Positions 1 to 9,772 of a stretch of DNA of 64,000 nt are shown here, in pieces. Position 1 is the first letter of the stretch. Each line of letters starts with the position of its first letter. Below the pieces are notes generated by a model, which ran no database searches, was not told where the DNA came from, and was given only the letters and a program-made list of their open reading frames with translations. Origin of the DNA: Candidatus Liptonbacteria bacterium (GTDB lineage: Bacteria; Patescibacteriota; Minisyncoccia; UBA6257; 2-01-FULL-56-20); contig VGJV01000001.1 of NCBI GenBank assembly GCA_016867315.1, forward strand, positions 130,649 to 194,648. The letters run 5' to 3'. Made by a program: the position numbers and the translations under genes.

Positions 1-315
1 TACGAAAAAAATTCACACCCGCTTCGCGCACAAGTACCGATAAACTTTTTACAAAGAACAGTTCGGCAAGCTACAAGCTGGTCTCTATGAATCCACTTCA
101 TCTAAACGAACCGGATTCAATTGAGGGTCCGACCGAAGCCAGACCACGTTTTCTGCGACGATTGTGGGAAGTCGCGCATTCCCGAGGTTCTGCTTCCTCT
201 GGGCTCCAGTGTGGATTTTTTAAGAGAATTACCCTGGATACAAACTCTTTACCTTGATTTACACCGCCGGATTTTGCGGCAACCTTCCCTTACGGAAAGG
301 CGTTAGAGAAGTCAG

Positions 316-579
316 CTACTGGCGCCTCGCCGCTCCCGCACACCCAGGCACGACCTTTTGCATCGCGTCGCACTCGGAAGTTCGGTTGCGGAGAATTGCT
401 TTCGCCTTCTTCTCACCAAGTATTTCCCAAGCTCGGCGCGCGTCGGGGTGGCTTAAGGCCACGTATCCGGCGGCAACCGTCTCGAGAAGTTCCTCGGCTT
501 CGAAGCGAGTCGTCATGACCCGTTCTCCTCCCGCGTTTTTCACTGACGCGGCGTCTCCATGACCACTGGAGACCGCCAA
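316..579 (-). CDS. hypothetical small protein (possibly ribbon-helix-helix-like); the true start may be the internal Met (MTTRFEAEELLE...)
   Basis: ORF in a GC-rich stretch. The minus-strand translation is charged and helical, whereas the overlapping plus-strand ORF 254..562 is low-complexity. No family recognised. Confidence 0.25.
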   Translation of the reverse strand: MAVSSGHGDAASVKNAGGERVMTTRFEAEELLETVAAGYVALSHPDARRAWEILGEKKAKAILRNRTSECDAMQKVVPGCAGAARRQ

Positions 580-1155
580 ACAGCTCGCTTTTCATGGCTG
601 CGAGTGCCTTTTTTTCTTGTTTTCCTGTTCTCTAGGGAGCGTCCCTACGATACATGACTGGGTAGGGCGCTCTCCAGAGAACAGGCTCTAATCAAGCATC
701 TAGGCGGCATTATAGCGGGCATTTATAAAACTGTCAATAGTTTTTGTCATAAAACTCCGACTTATCCTTTATTTTCAATATTAAATTGATATTTAATGTC
801 ATGTAAAAATATCTTATTTAAAAGTGTCATCTGTTCAATAAACGATTTTCCTTCATTTTCAATCCTAATACTTGAAAAAGTGAAAACTGACACGTTCTCT
901 TGATAAACTTTAAGATTTCTGCTACGCTTCCGTCACGCGGGGCTTTTAACGTGCTAAGCACAAAAAGAAAGAAAACAGCACGATGCCATCGGCGAGTAAG
1001 CTTGTCCCGTGTGCCGAAAGGCATTGTTGATAAAGAGAGGATTACCGATATGAAACATCGGACTTACCGAGGCGACGACGGTTAAGTAGTCGCCGCTCGC
1101 GCGAAAAGCGCGAAGTTGCTGAGTCGAGTCGATAACTCGAACTCAAAACAAACAA

Positions 1156-1193
1156 GGCTCGGTATCCAACAGGGATGCCGAGCCTATCTTTTT
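1156..1193. terminator. intrinsic terminator, 12-bp GC-rich stem with loop then a U-tract; T/A-rich on both sides, so likely bidirectional
   Basis: ggctcggtatcc-aacag-gggatgccgagcc followed by tatcttttt. It overlaps the stop codon of the 1184..1930 gene on the minus strand. Confidence 0.5.
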
Positions 1194-1930
1194 GCGGAAT
1201 CGATAATATAGCCTATTAAACTCTTCAAAGTTTCCGCGAGGTCGTGGCTCTTAATGTAAAGAGAGGAAATACTCTTTTTTAGAGAGTTTATCTTTATCTC
1301 GTCTCCATAAATGTCAATATCGCAGAAAATTGGATATTTGTTCTCGTCAATTCTCACCCGCTCGAAAGTCAGTTTCTCTGGAAGATCCCCTTTCGTGTGG
1401 GTGTACACCGAACGGCTTTTTGTTTTTGATTCAATTCGCTTATCTTCTAACTGTTTTCTTTCTGCTGGAGTAAAGAAATCATCATAGAGATCGCGGGAAT
1501 ATATACTGTATTTAAATTGCTCTTTTTTCCCTTCCTCGTACTTTTCTTTATACGAGGCTATTACACCTTCTCTGCCCTCAATGTACTTCACCACTGGTTT
1601 TGTGCCGCTTTCTTTTTGCACGCTCTTAAATTGCGGCACAAGGTCTTTTAAAAGTTTCGCTTTTTCTTCAAGCACTATTTTTTGCCGGGCAATGAACGTT
1701 TCGAGGCGCTCGGGAGGAGCGGCTTCAAAGCGGGTTTTCTTGCCCACTTTGGTTTCGGCCACTAATCCCTTTTGTTCGAGGGACTTCAAAACCACATAGA
1801 CTGTCGCGCGTTTCATGTCGAGCTTCCGGGAAAGTTCTAGCGGGGAAGAGTAATCCGCTTGGAGCAAGGCGAGGTAGATCGCCGCTTCTTTATCCGAGAG
1901 GCCGATGTCCTGGAGGTACTTTTCGAGCAT
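1184..1930 (-). CDS. TrmB-family HTH transcriptional regulator
   Basis: N-terminal motif LQDIGLSDKEAAIYLALLQ...LSRKLDMKRATVYVVLKSLEQKGLV is a TrmB-type winged helix. Confidence 0.55.
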   Translation of the reverse strand: MLEKYLQDIGLSDKEAAIYLALLQADYSSPLELSRKLDMKRATVYVVLKSLEQKGLVAETKVGKKTRFEAAPPERLETFIARQKIVLEEKAKLLKDLVPQFKSVQKESGTKPVVKYIEGREGVIASYKEKYEEGKKEQFKYSIYSRDLYDDFFTPAERKQLEDKRIESKTKSRSVYTHTKGDLPEKLTFERVRIDENKYPIFCDIDIYGDEIKINSLKKSISSLYIKSHDLAETLKSLIGYIIDSAKR

Positions 1931-1966
1931 ACGCTTATTATATCAAGGTTAAACCTTTTTGCAGAT

Positions 1967-2401
1967 TCAAGGTTTAACCTTAGGGGAGTTCAAATCGGAA
2001 AGGTATTGTTCCATTAAGCGCACATCGCTCTTATCCTTTTCGCGAGCGCTCCCGTCCATGAGCCAGCCGCGCTTTACGCTAAGGAGAAATTCGACGGTAA
2101 TATAGCGAACCCCGTCTATAACCGTGGACTGACGCAACAAATCCGCGAATTTCCAGGTTTTCCCGAGCACGGTCCAGCGTGTTCCTATCTCAACTACATC
2201 CTGCGTAAGCACCTCGTTCCCATGATTTTGCCCCTTTTTGAAACGGCGGGTCTTCGAAAGTTCCTCATATTTTTCTTCGGGTATCACCACATCAATGTCC
2301 TTGCTTTCCCGAAGATGCAGTGCACTTAAAATGCCGGACCCGATCACCACGGCATTGTGGGGATCCAATCCCAGCGCATATAACTTACTTTTTATTTCCA
2401 T
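1967..2401 (-). CDS. nucleotidyltransferase-fold (pol-beta/minimal NTase-like) protein
   Basis: GSGILSALHLRESKDIDVVI matches the hG[GS]x9-13[DE]h[DE]h NTase signature. Confidence 0.4.
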   Translation of the reverse strand: MEIKSKLYALGLDPHNAVVIGSGILSALHLRESKDIDVVIPEEKYEELSKTRRFKKGQNHGNEVLTQDVVEIGTRWTVLGKTWKFADLLRQSTVIDGVRYITVEFLLSVKRGWLMDGSAREKDKSDVRLMEQYLSDLNSPKVKP

Positions 2402-2404
2402 GAT

Positions 2405-3778
2405 TTAGACAAGCTCAAAACTTTCACCCTTCTTAGGCACTACGGCTTCTACTGCAAACATATCTTTTATCTTCCCCGCAAGCGTGAGACTCGCGCCGTT
2501 TTCCCCCTGCACCACAAACACTTTGCGAAGCGAGTATCGCATGGAACGGAGCCAGTGCAGAAGTTTCGGCTGATCGGCATGCGCCGAGTAGCCGCTTACT
2601 GCCACTCGCCGCGCATGCACTTCCACTTCTTCGCCATGAATGGTGACTTTTTTTGCACCGTCCAAAATCGCTCGGCCAAGGGAACCCTTGGTTTGATACC
2701 CCGCAAAGAGAATGGTGCTCTTAGGATCGGGTAAGTAGCGCTTTTCGTGATGGAGAATCCTCCCGCCCTGTGACATGCCGGACCCTGCAATAATAATTTT
2801 CGGGGGCATCACTTCGTTGATCTCCTTGGACTGCTCGGAGGTAAGACATAGGCGGAGATTGGGGAAATTCAGAATATCATCGCCGGACTTTACCTGCGCC
2901 CGCGTTTCTTTATTAAAATAATGCTCATATTTTTTGTAGACGCCTGTAAGCTTGATCGCCAAAGGACTATCGATAAAGACCGGTGCTCGCGGCACCTTCC
3001 CTTTCTCAAAAAGATTATTGAGGTGATAGAGCAGCTTTTGGGTCCGCTCAAGCGCAAAAGCAGGGATGAGGAGCGTTCCTCCCGCTTTTACCGTAGCTTC
3101 AATCACATCCTCCAAAGCTTCTTCTTGCTTCATTGCCTCTTCGTGTACTCGATCTCCATAGGTCGACTCAATTATGCAATAGTCCGCTGCCTCCACCTGC
3201 TCGGTAGGCTTAATTATGGGAGCCGAGTCATTTCCCAAATCTCCCGAAAACACAATCGAGCGAGAAATGTTTTTCTCTCGTATTTCGAATTTCACAATTG
3301 AAGACCCTAAGACGTGACCGGCATCCAGAAAGGAAATCTTCATTCCTCCGTACTCGATCGTTTCATGATACGGGACACCATGCCAATGCCTCATCGCGGT
3401 CTCGATGTCTATCACCGTATAGAGCGGAGCGGTACGCTCCCGTTCAGCTTCTTTTTGCAGGAGATGCTCGGAATCCAAGAGCAACAATTCCGCGCAGTCT
3501 CTCGTGGGCGGAGTGGAATAGACCGTCCCGCGAAACCCTTCTCGAAACATCTTCGGGATCAACCCTACGTGATCGATGTGCGCATGGGTCACAAATAATG
3601 CATCAATTTCCTTGGGATCATAAGAAAAGGCCTCGAAGTTTTCTTTCTCCGCAAAATGACCGCCTTGATGCAAGCCGCAGTCAATAAGAAACTTGATCGG
3701 TTTCTTTTCGCCTTCAATCTCGAGTAAATAATTGGCGCCGGTTACCGAGCCTGCTCCCCCGTGAAAAGTTAAACGCAT
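2405..3778 (-). CDS. MBL-fold beta-CASP ribonuclease (RNase J/CPSF-like RNA-metabolising metallo-beta-lactamase)
   Basis: HxHxDH motif (VTHAHIDHVG) near the N-terminus and a beta-CASP-like C-terminal half; 457 aa. Confidence 0.65.
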   Translation of the reverse strand: MRLTFHGGAGSVTGANYLLEIEGEKKPIKFLIDCGLHQGGHFAEKENFEAFSYDPKEIDALFVTHAHIDHVGLIPKMFREGFRGTVYSTPPTRDCAELLLLDSEHLLQKEAERERTAPLYTVIDIETAMRHWHGVPYHETIEYGGMKISFLDAGHVLGSSIVKFEIREKNISRSIVFSGDLGNDSAPIIKPTEQVEAADYCIIESTYGDRVHEEAMKQEEALEDVIEATVKAGGTLLIPAFALERTQKLLYHLNNLFEKGKVPRAPVFIDSPLAIKLTGVYKKYEHYFNKETRAQVKSGDDILNFPNLRLCLTSEQSKEINEVMPPKIIIAGSGMSQGGRILHHEKRYLPDPKSTILFAGYQTKGSLGRAILDGAKKVTIHGEEVEVHARRVAVSGYSAHADQPKLLHWLRSMRYSLRKVFVVQGENGASLTLAGKIKDMFAVEAVVPKKGESFELV

Positions 3779-3818
3779 AAATACGTATCGAAACTAATAC
3801 ATACATTGTACCAATACG

Positions 3819-5147
3819 CTAACGAGCGTGAGGCCCATTTGCCGTCATTTCCCGCAACTCTTCCCGCACCACCAATCGATCATCCCAGGCAATACTTTTC
3901 CCTTTTATGATCATAGACTGCTCCGCTCCTTTGCCAGTAATAAGCACCACGTCTCCTTTCTCTCCCAACGAGAGAGCTTTTCGAATTCCTTCCTGGCGAT
4001 CTTCTATACAAAACAGCGTTTTATCTCTCTCCTTGCCAGCGGCTTCTGCAGCTTGGGCAATATCTTCAATAATCTGCATGGGGTCATCATCGTAGGGGTC
4101 CACATTGGAGACGATTACGAAATCGGCGAGCTTCCCCGCAAGCTCTCCCATTAAAGGCCGCTTTTCTTTATCCCGCCCCCCGCCCTCAGCCCCGAGCAGC
4201 ACGATCACCCTTCCTCTCTTTCCTGCAAGAGCCCGGCCCGCGGTTAGGGCGGCTTCCATGCTCACTTTTTCATGCGCGTAGTCCACGATCACTTTAAAGG
4301 ATTGCCCTTCTTCAATCTCTTCCATCCGGCCAGGAATAAGTTTTAAGAAGGCGAGCCCTTCCGCAATACAGGCAGTGGGGAACCCCAGCATTTCTCCCAA
4401 CGCAACTGCAGGAAGGGCATTTTGCACATTAAATTCTCCCGCAATATTCAGATGATATTCGGCTTCTTTTACTCGGAAGGAGACCCCGTCCTTCGTGCTT
4501 TTAATACTTGCGGCTACATAATCCGCTCCCTGCTCCACTATTCCAAAAGTTGCCACTTTGTCCGCAGGAAAGCTCAAGAAGAAATCTCGGTCGGCTGCAT
4601 CTTTATTGATCAACGTCATGCGCCCGATGGGTTCTCCGTCTATTATTTTTCGCGGGTGCGCGGTGAGCGCTTTAAACAACTTTCCCTTGGCTGCCCGATA
4701 CGCTTCGAAGCTTCCGTGCGCTTCGATGTGCTCCCTCGTGAGATTCGTGAACACCGCCACGTCATACCAGATTCCTATATGTCTCCACTGCGCAAGACCT
4801 TCCGAAGTAGTTTCGATCACGCAGTGCGTGCACCCCTCATTCACCATCAATCGAAGAAACTTTTGTAGTTCGAAGGGGCCGGGCATCGTCATGTGATAAG
4901 GGTTCAACATCTGCTTGTCCCCCACCCGGATGAGCGCGGTGCTTATAAGACCAGTTTGCTTCCCTCCCGCTTGTAGCACCGCCCACAGGAAATTCGCGGC
5001 AGTGGTTTTTCCTTTAGTGCCTGTGACTCCGATCACCACCATCCCCCGCGAAGGGAATTTATACCACCCTGCGGCGGCGAAGGCTCGGAGGTAGTGATAT
5101 GCCGAGAGCACCCAGCGAGGAGTAAATGATCGGATGGTTTTTTTCAT
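3819..5147 (-). CDS. murE: Mur ligase family, UDP-N-acetylmuramoyl-L-alanyl-D-glutamate--diamino acid ligase (MurE-like)
   Basis: P-loop GVTGTKGKTT and Mur ligase middle/C-terminal domains; overlaps the downstream FemAB gene by 4 nt. Confidence 0.65.
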   Translation of the reverse strand: MKKTIRSFTPRWVLSAYHYLRAFAAAGWYKFPSRGMVVIGVTGTKGKTTAANFLWAVLQAGGKQTGLISTALIRVGDKQMLNPYHMTMPGPFELQKFLRLMVNEGCTHCVIETTSEGLAQWRHIGIWYDVAVFTNLTREHIEAHGSFEAYRAAKGKLFKALTAHPRKIIDGEPIGRMTLINKDAADRDFFLSFPADKVATFGIVEQGADYVAASIKSTKDGVSFRVKEAEYHLNIAGEFNVQNALPAVALGEMLGFPTACIAEGLAFLKLIPGRMEEIEEGQSFKVIVDYAHEKVSMEAALTAGRALAGKRGRVIVLLGAEGGGRDKEKRPLMGELAGKLADFVIVSNVDPYDDDPMQIIEDIAQAAEAAGKERDKTLFCIEDRQEGIRKALSLGEKGDVVLITGKGAEQSMIIKGKSIAWDDRLVVREELREMTANGPHAR

Positions 5148-6166
5148 ATGCCCAGCGTGCCTAAAAATTTTCTTGCTACGTAGGAATAATACCAGAATTT
5201 ATTTCCTATAAGATCCCGAAAATGGCCGTGCTCGAGAAGGGTCCCGCCAAATTTGCGCTTGAAACTCGAAAGGCCTCCCCACTGTTCGCGTGCATCGATT
5301 TCCGCCGTAACTCCACCGAAATTGTAGCGTGTGATCCCAAGTGTTTTTGCTTTGCGGATTGCGGTCCATTGGGCGGCGTAGGAGCCCATGAGCTCCCGAT
5401 GGGAAGAACTTGAACCTCCGAATACGAAGTTGGCTTGCCGCCCGCAGCACACAATAAAATGAGCTGCGAGAATATTCATTTCATGCTTTGCAAGCACCAA
5501 GAAGGCGCTGTTATTCTCTGCCGAAACCCGGAAAACTCCTTCGTAATATTCTTTAGCATGCAGGGTAAACGCATCCCGCTTCGCCGTTTCTTCGAGAAGG
5601 GCATAAAACTCTTCGAAATGCTCCGGGAGCTTCTGGCCTTCTATTACCTCAGTGCGCACCCCCCTTCTTTCGGCAGCTCGGATACTGTATCGCGTATTGT
5701 GATGCATCTCCCGAAGAAGTCTCTCTTCTGATTCTTTAATATCCAATACCCATTCAGCGCGCGGCTGTAGAAAAGAGCCGCGTGTCGTAACACTTGGGGC
5801 AGTTTTCAAACCTTTGGGCTGGAGTGAGGAAGGCAGCTCTATGCGAACAAATACCGATGCAGTTTCTTGGACCAACTCTTCCAGCTTGGTTTTAAGCGCT
5901 TCGAGGTAATGCTCATCCGGCTTTTCTTTCCATACCGGCCCATAGGGTGCATACCAGTAGGTTTTATTTTTCGCGAGCGGATATTCAATGAGCTGCACCG
6001 CACCAATTATTGCTCCGCCTTCTTTCCCCACCCACCGGCGGACATTCCTTCCTACTTCCCTTTGCCACTCTCCATATTCGAAGCTTTGCGTGAATGGGGC
6101 AGCCAACGAAAACTTCCCAATATCAAATTCCGCAGCCTCTTTAACTTCTTCAAATACAATACTCAT
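5144..6166 (-). CDS. FemAB-family peptidoglycan interpeptide-bridge aminoacyltransferase
   Basis: Length and composition are typical of FemX/FemAB GNAT-fold proteins, and it is translationally coupled to MurE. Call by family resemblance. Confidence 0.55.
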   Translation of the reverse strand: MSIVFEEVKEAAEFDIGKFSLAAPFTQSFEYGEWQREVGRNVRRWVGKEGGAIIGAVQLIEYPLAKNKTYWYAPYGPVWKEKPDEHYLEALKTKLEELVQETASVFVRIELPSSLQPKGLKTAPSVTTRGSFLQPRAEWVLDIKESEERLLREMHHNTRYSIRAAERRGVRTEVIEGQKLPEHFEEFYALLEETAKRDAFTLHAKEYYEGVFRVSAENNSAFLVLAKHEMNILAAHFIVCCGRQANFVFGGSSSSHRELMGSYAAQWTAIRKAKTLGITRYNFGGVTAEIDAREQWGGLSSFKRKFGGTLLEHGHFRDLIGNKFWYYSYVARKFLGTLGI

Positions 6167-6744
6167 CCCTTTCCACTTAGAACCTTGAGGGCCTCTTTTA
6201 ATCGAATCGAGAGATCTTCGGAAGAGGTTTTAGTTTTCTCAATCGCTTCCCGAGCTTCTTCCCGCCGATAGCCCAAACTTATGAGCGTTTCTTCGAGGTC
6301 CGCATTCGTATCCATCTGCCGCACCGTGGCTCCAGACCCGCGAGCTTTCACTTTCGTCTTTAGTTCTAGAATAATACGTTCGGCGGTTTTTCTTCCGATT
6401 CCCGACGCGCGCGTCAATAGATCCGGTCGTTCTTCAATTATTGCCGCTTCGATTTCCTTCAAGGCTGCGACGTCTAGAATGGAAAGGGCGGACTTCGGTC
6501 CCACTCCTCCTACTGAATTCAAAAGGTTAAAGAAAAATAATTCTTCTTCGCTCATAAAACCATAAAGATCCAGCGCATCTTCGCGCACATGAAGATGCGT
6601 AAAAAGCTTCACTTCCGTGCCCACTCTCGGCAGAGCTTTGAGCGTTCTCTCATTTGTCGCCACCAAGAAACCCACTCCTCCCACGTCGACCACGGCCGCA
6701 TGCTCCATTTTCTTTGCGAGTTTGCCTTCGAGCGCGTGGATCAT
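6163..6744 (-). CDS. ruvA: Holliday junction DNA helicase subunit RuvA
   Basis: Matches RuvA domains I-III (…LYGFMSEEELFFFNLLNSVGGVGPKSALSIL…GIGRKTAERIILELK). Confidence 0.85.
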   Translation of the reverse strand: MIHALEGKLAKKMEHAAVVDVGGVGFLVATNERTLKALPRVGTEVKLFTHLHVREDALDLYGFMSEEELFFFNLLNSVGGVGPKSALSILDVAALKEIEAAIIEERPDLLTRASGIGRKTAERIILELKTKVKARGSGATVRQMDTNADLEETLISLGYRREEAREAIEKTKTSSEDLSIRLKEALKVLSGKG

Positions 6745-6826
6745 GAATCTATACTACCACTCCCCATGAACCCCGAGAAACATTGACATCAGGGCCTCAA
6801 ATGCGGTACGCTAATCCCACTAAAAC

Positions 6827-7111
6827 ATGCCCATCATTTCTTCCGCGAAGAAAGCTCTGCGCCAAAGCGCTCGACGCCGGACGCTCAACTTGGCGCGCAC
6901 GGACGCCTATAAGCGCACCGTTAAGGAATTCCGAAAACTTGTGAGCTCAAAGAAACTCGACGAAGCCAAAACTATTCTTGCGAAGGCTTATAAGGTGCTC
7001 GATAAAGCTGCGAAAACTGGCACAATCAAGAAAAACAAAGCGGACCGGCTTAAGTCCCGATTGGCAGTGAAGCTTAACCCGCCCGCCCCGCGAACGCCCT
7101 CCAGCGCCTAA
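6827..7111 (+). CDS. rpsT: 30S ribosomal protein S20
   Basis: MPIISSAKKALRQSARRRTLNLARTDAYKRTVKEF... is a canonical S20. Confidence 0.85.
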   Translation: MPIISSAKKALRQSARRRTLNLARTDAYKRTVKEFRKLVSSKKLDEAKTILAKAYKVLDKAAKTGTIKKNKADRLKSRLAVKLNPPAPRTPSSA

Positions 7112-7140
7112 GGCGGCGACTTTGTGAATTGCAACTCTCC

Positions 7141-7170
7141 CGCCCTCGGCGCTCTCGAGGGCGTTTTCAT
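7141..7170 (+). terminator. intrinsic terminator downstream of rpsT
   Basis: cgccctcg-gcgctct-cgagggcg, an 8-bp GC stem, followed by tttt. Confidence 0.45.
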
Positions 7171-7290
7171 TATTTATAACCTTCCCTCACGAAACGCGGA
7201 GCACCCCTCAAAGCACATTTCGTCAGGGAATGCACCGTGCGGGTTCCCTGACCTAGCTTTCCGCACATTTACAATCAAAAAGGCTGAACA

Positions 7291-7719
7291 ATGGATACTT
7301 CAAATATCAGGAACGAAAAGGTGCGATGGATACTCGAGCAAATATATAGACTCGTAGGCGAGCACGAGCTCAGGCTCCTCCACGAAACCCCACTACCCAA
7401 CATTGATATGTTGCGCAGACGACTCGCAGATACCGTACGCTCGAAATTCGGAATGCTCTCGGAAAATGATTTCCAGCGGATTGGCTCATACGGCCTCGGA
7501 TTAGGGAATGATGGGTTCTGGGAGTTTGGGGACGACGACTTTCTTGAGGAAACTCAATTAGAGACCGCCGGACTTGTACTCAAGGCCGGGATGTCGGGCA
7601 ACGAATTCCTCCGCGAAGTGGCATACACCACTATCGTGGCGCTCACGTGGGACCTTCTCCACCAGGACGAATACCGCAGAGCAGAAGATCGACGGCGCCG
7701 AACGTATGCTCTGGTTTAA
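7291..7719 (+). CDS. hypothetical protein
   Basis: 142-aa ORF with a good downstream terminator; no recognisable family. Confidence 0.3.
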   Translation: MDTSNIRNEKVRWILEQIYRLVGEHELRLLHETPLPNIDMLRRRLADTVRSKFGMLSENDFQRIGSYGLGLGNDGFWEFGDDDFLEETQLETAGLVLKAGMSGNEFLREVAYTTIVALTWDLLHQDEYRRAEDRRRRTYALV

Positions 7720-7763
7720 TCATCGAAGCAAACTTAAAGAAACCTTTTAGAAAGGTAGAAATG

Positions 7764-7809
7764 AACAACCCTGTCCCGAATCAATCGGTAACAGGGTTGT
7801 TTTTGTTTT
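7764..7809. terminator. intrinsic terminator (11-bp stem aacaaccctgt/acagggttgtt plus T-tract), likely bidirectional
   Basis: Lies between the convergent genes 7291..7719 (+) and 7827..8921 (-). Confidence 0.5.
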
Positions 7810-7826
7810 CGATTTCCAGGTCGTGG

Positions 7827-8921
7827 CTATTCTTCCACGACCGTGAAAAATCTTTTGGGACTCAGGGGTTTTAAAGTCTCCATCGGTTGTCCGGTACCGA
7901 TGAAGAGTGTTTCTGTCCAGACATTGAAGTCTGAGGTTTCTCGCAGGCGGTATGTCTTCCCCGAGAACGTCGGCCAGGAGAGCACGACTCTGTCATTTGC
8001 TCTCTGAATACTCATTCTTAGCCGAATCGCGAGGAGTTTGCGCACGGCGGGGGCGATGCGTTCGGCCATCACGCGATAGCCTGCCGCATTCGGATGAAAG
8101 GTGTTGAAGTCCCAAAACTCCGAGATTTCTTCCAATCCGAAAAGCACGTTTGGAACATACCCCGCTCCCATTTCATCGCTTAACTTGCGGAACTCACGTT
8201 CGAAGTCATCAAAGAATGGCTTCTTGAATCCAACAATTACCACCATTGCTCCTTTTTCCTGACTGCGTCGAATGATTTCCCGAAGATTCCGGAAAGTAGT
8301 CTCGCGAGGAACAAACGTGCGATAGTCATTCCAGCCTCCGAAGATCGGTATTAGATCCGGATTATGTGGAAACACATCCGTTTCTAGTCTCATGAGCATC
8401 TGTTCGGTGGTGTCAGCATGTTTACCGGCATTGATCACTTCCACCTGCGTCATCGCTCCTAGTTGTGCAGGAAGGGTTTGCTCGGGGAGCAGATCGCGAC
8501 CTTCCACTATGCTGTCCCCCAGAAACACCACCTTCGAGCCTTCTTGCGGAAAGTTCTTCACCTTATGCGGGTCTGGGATCACTCCCACCACTTGTAGCGT
8601 CTCGCTCACGGCGAGTTCGCTTTGGAATTGCCCAGTGAAGGAACGATCCACGAGGCGAAGCCGGTAGGTGCCCGGCTCGGGGACAATAAAATCGGTGTCT
8701 CCGTCTCTGCCGAAGGTGACTTTTCGCTCTTCGAATTCCCAGCCTTTCGTTCCTTCCTTTTCGAGCTCGACCCATTTCGTAGCATCAATCGTCGAGGCAG
8801 GTGCCCATAGAGCCTCCACCGTTTCTCTTTCGAGCACGGGCGCAAGAGCTATAAAGGTGACGATGGCGGCGTAGGTAAGTGGAGCCGCTCCCACTATAGA
8901 CATTGCTTTCAAAACTTTCAT
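7827..8921 (-). CDS. SGNH/GDSL-family hydrolase with N-terminal signal/TM segment
   Basis: GDSIVEG block I (catalytic Ser) and GGWND block III are present. Confidence 0.6.
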   Translation of the reverse strand: MKVLKAMSIVGAAPLTYAAIVTFIALAPVLERETVEALWAPASTIDATKWVELEKEGTKGWEFEERKVTFGRDGDTDFIVPEPGTYRLRLVDRSFTGQFQSELAVSETLQVVGVIPDPHKVKNFPQEGSKVVFLGDSIVEGRDLLPEQTLPAQLGAMTQVEVINAGKHADTTEQMLMRLETDVFPHNPDLIPIFGGWNDYRTFVPRETTFRNLREIIRRSQEKGAMVVIVGFKKPFFDDFEREFRKLSDEMGAGYVPNVLFGLEEISEFWDFNTFHPNAAGYRVMAERIAPAVRKLLAIRLRMSIQRANDRVVLSWPTFSGKTYRLRETSDFNVWTETLFIGTGQPMETLKPLSPKRFFTVVEE

Positions 8922-8992
8922 AATCCTCCCATTTAAAATTGCTAAAGAGGCTTATCTTACTTAGGATAAGCCGCCCAAAATCTACTTACTTT

Positions 8993-9772
8993 TTAGGAAA
9001 TAGTCAAGTCTGTAAGTGCCTCTTCGTATTCCAGCTTTCCGGATTTAACTGCGGCATCGTAGGTCGCGAACCTCCCTATTGCCCCTGGAGTCATTGCGCT
9101 TAAAATATTAAAAATCTTCGCTGCAGGATCACGGGAGAGAAACATGGCCTCAAGCACCGCGAGGCGCGTTTTTTTGTCTCCGTATCCGAACCGACGGGCA
9201 AGCGCAAAAAATTCCGGCCGAATTTCTACTCCCAATTCTTCCAATTCCTTCCTCTGAATCGTCCGCTTCTCTCCTACGAACCTCTCGAGTTCAGTGATGA
9301 GTCTCCAGTTATCTCCCGCATAGGCATCGCTCAATAATTGCGCCGCGTCTGGCGCAAGCGAAACTCCTCTCATTTTGGCTTCGCTCACGATAAACTGCTC
9401 CCACGCCTTACCTTCCAGAGGCTCAAATTCTTGCGCGATTGCGGGAGCCTTCAAAAGAAAATTCAAATCCTTTTTGGGAACCTCCGACTCCGCAAGGAGA
9501 ATAGTAACGGTTTTGGAATTTTCGAACTTTGGGAGCCACTCGCTCAAAAACCCTTCCGGCGCTTCCCACGCGGCATCGAGTACCGCCAAGCGCTGAGGGT
9601 CAAAAAGAGATTCGTTCCGCCCGAATTCTTGAAGTTTAAGAAGCGCTTCTTCGTTCGCGCAGTCGAATTTTTCTAACCCCAACGAAGAATGTTTCTTCAA
9701 AAACTCTCCTATAATCTGCTGCTTCTTTCTTATGCGCCGGTAATCATCCGGACCGTAGAGCGTGATGAGCAT
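8993..9772 (-). CDS. holA: DNA polymerase III delta subunit (HolA-like)
   Basis: Size and N-terminal pattern (ITLYGPDDY...) are typical of delta; it overlaps pyrG by 29 nt. Confidence 0.5.
   Translation of the reverse strand: MLITLYGPDDYRRIRKKQQIIGEFLKKHSSLGLEKFDCANEEALLKLQEFGRNESLFDPQRLAVLDAAWEAPEGFLSEWLPKFENSKTVTILLAESEVPKKDLNFLLKAPAIAQEFEPLEGKAWEQFIVSEAKMRGVSLAPDAAQLLSDAYAGDNWRLITELERFVGEKRTIQRKELEELGVEIRPEFFALARRFGYGDKKTRLAVLEAMFLSRDPAAKIFNILSAMTPGAIGRFATYDAAVKSGKLEYEEALTDLTIS

Noticed and set aside
254-562. plus-strand 102-aa ORF at the window start
   Set aside because: It overlaps the more protein-like minus-strand ORF 316..579, and its own translation is Ser/Ala/Arg-rich with low complexity.
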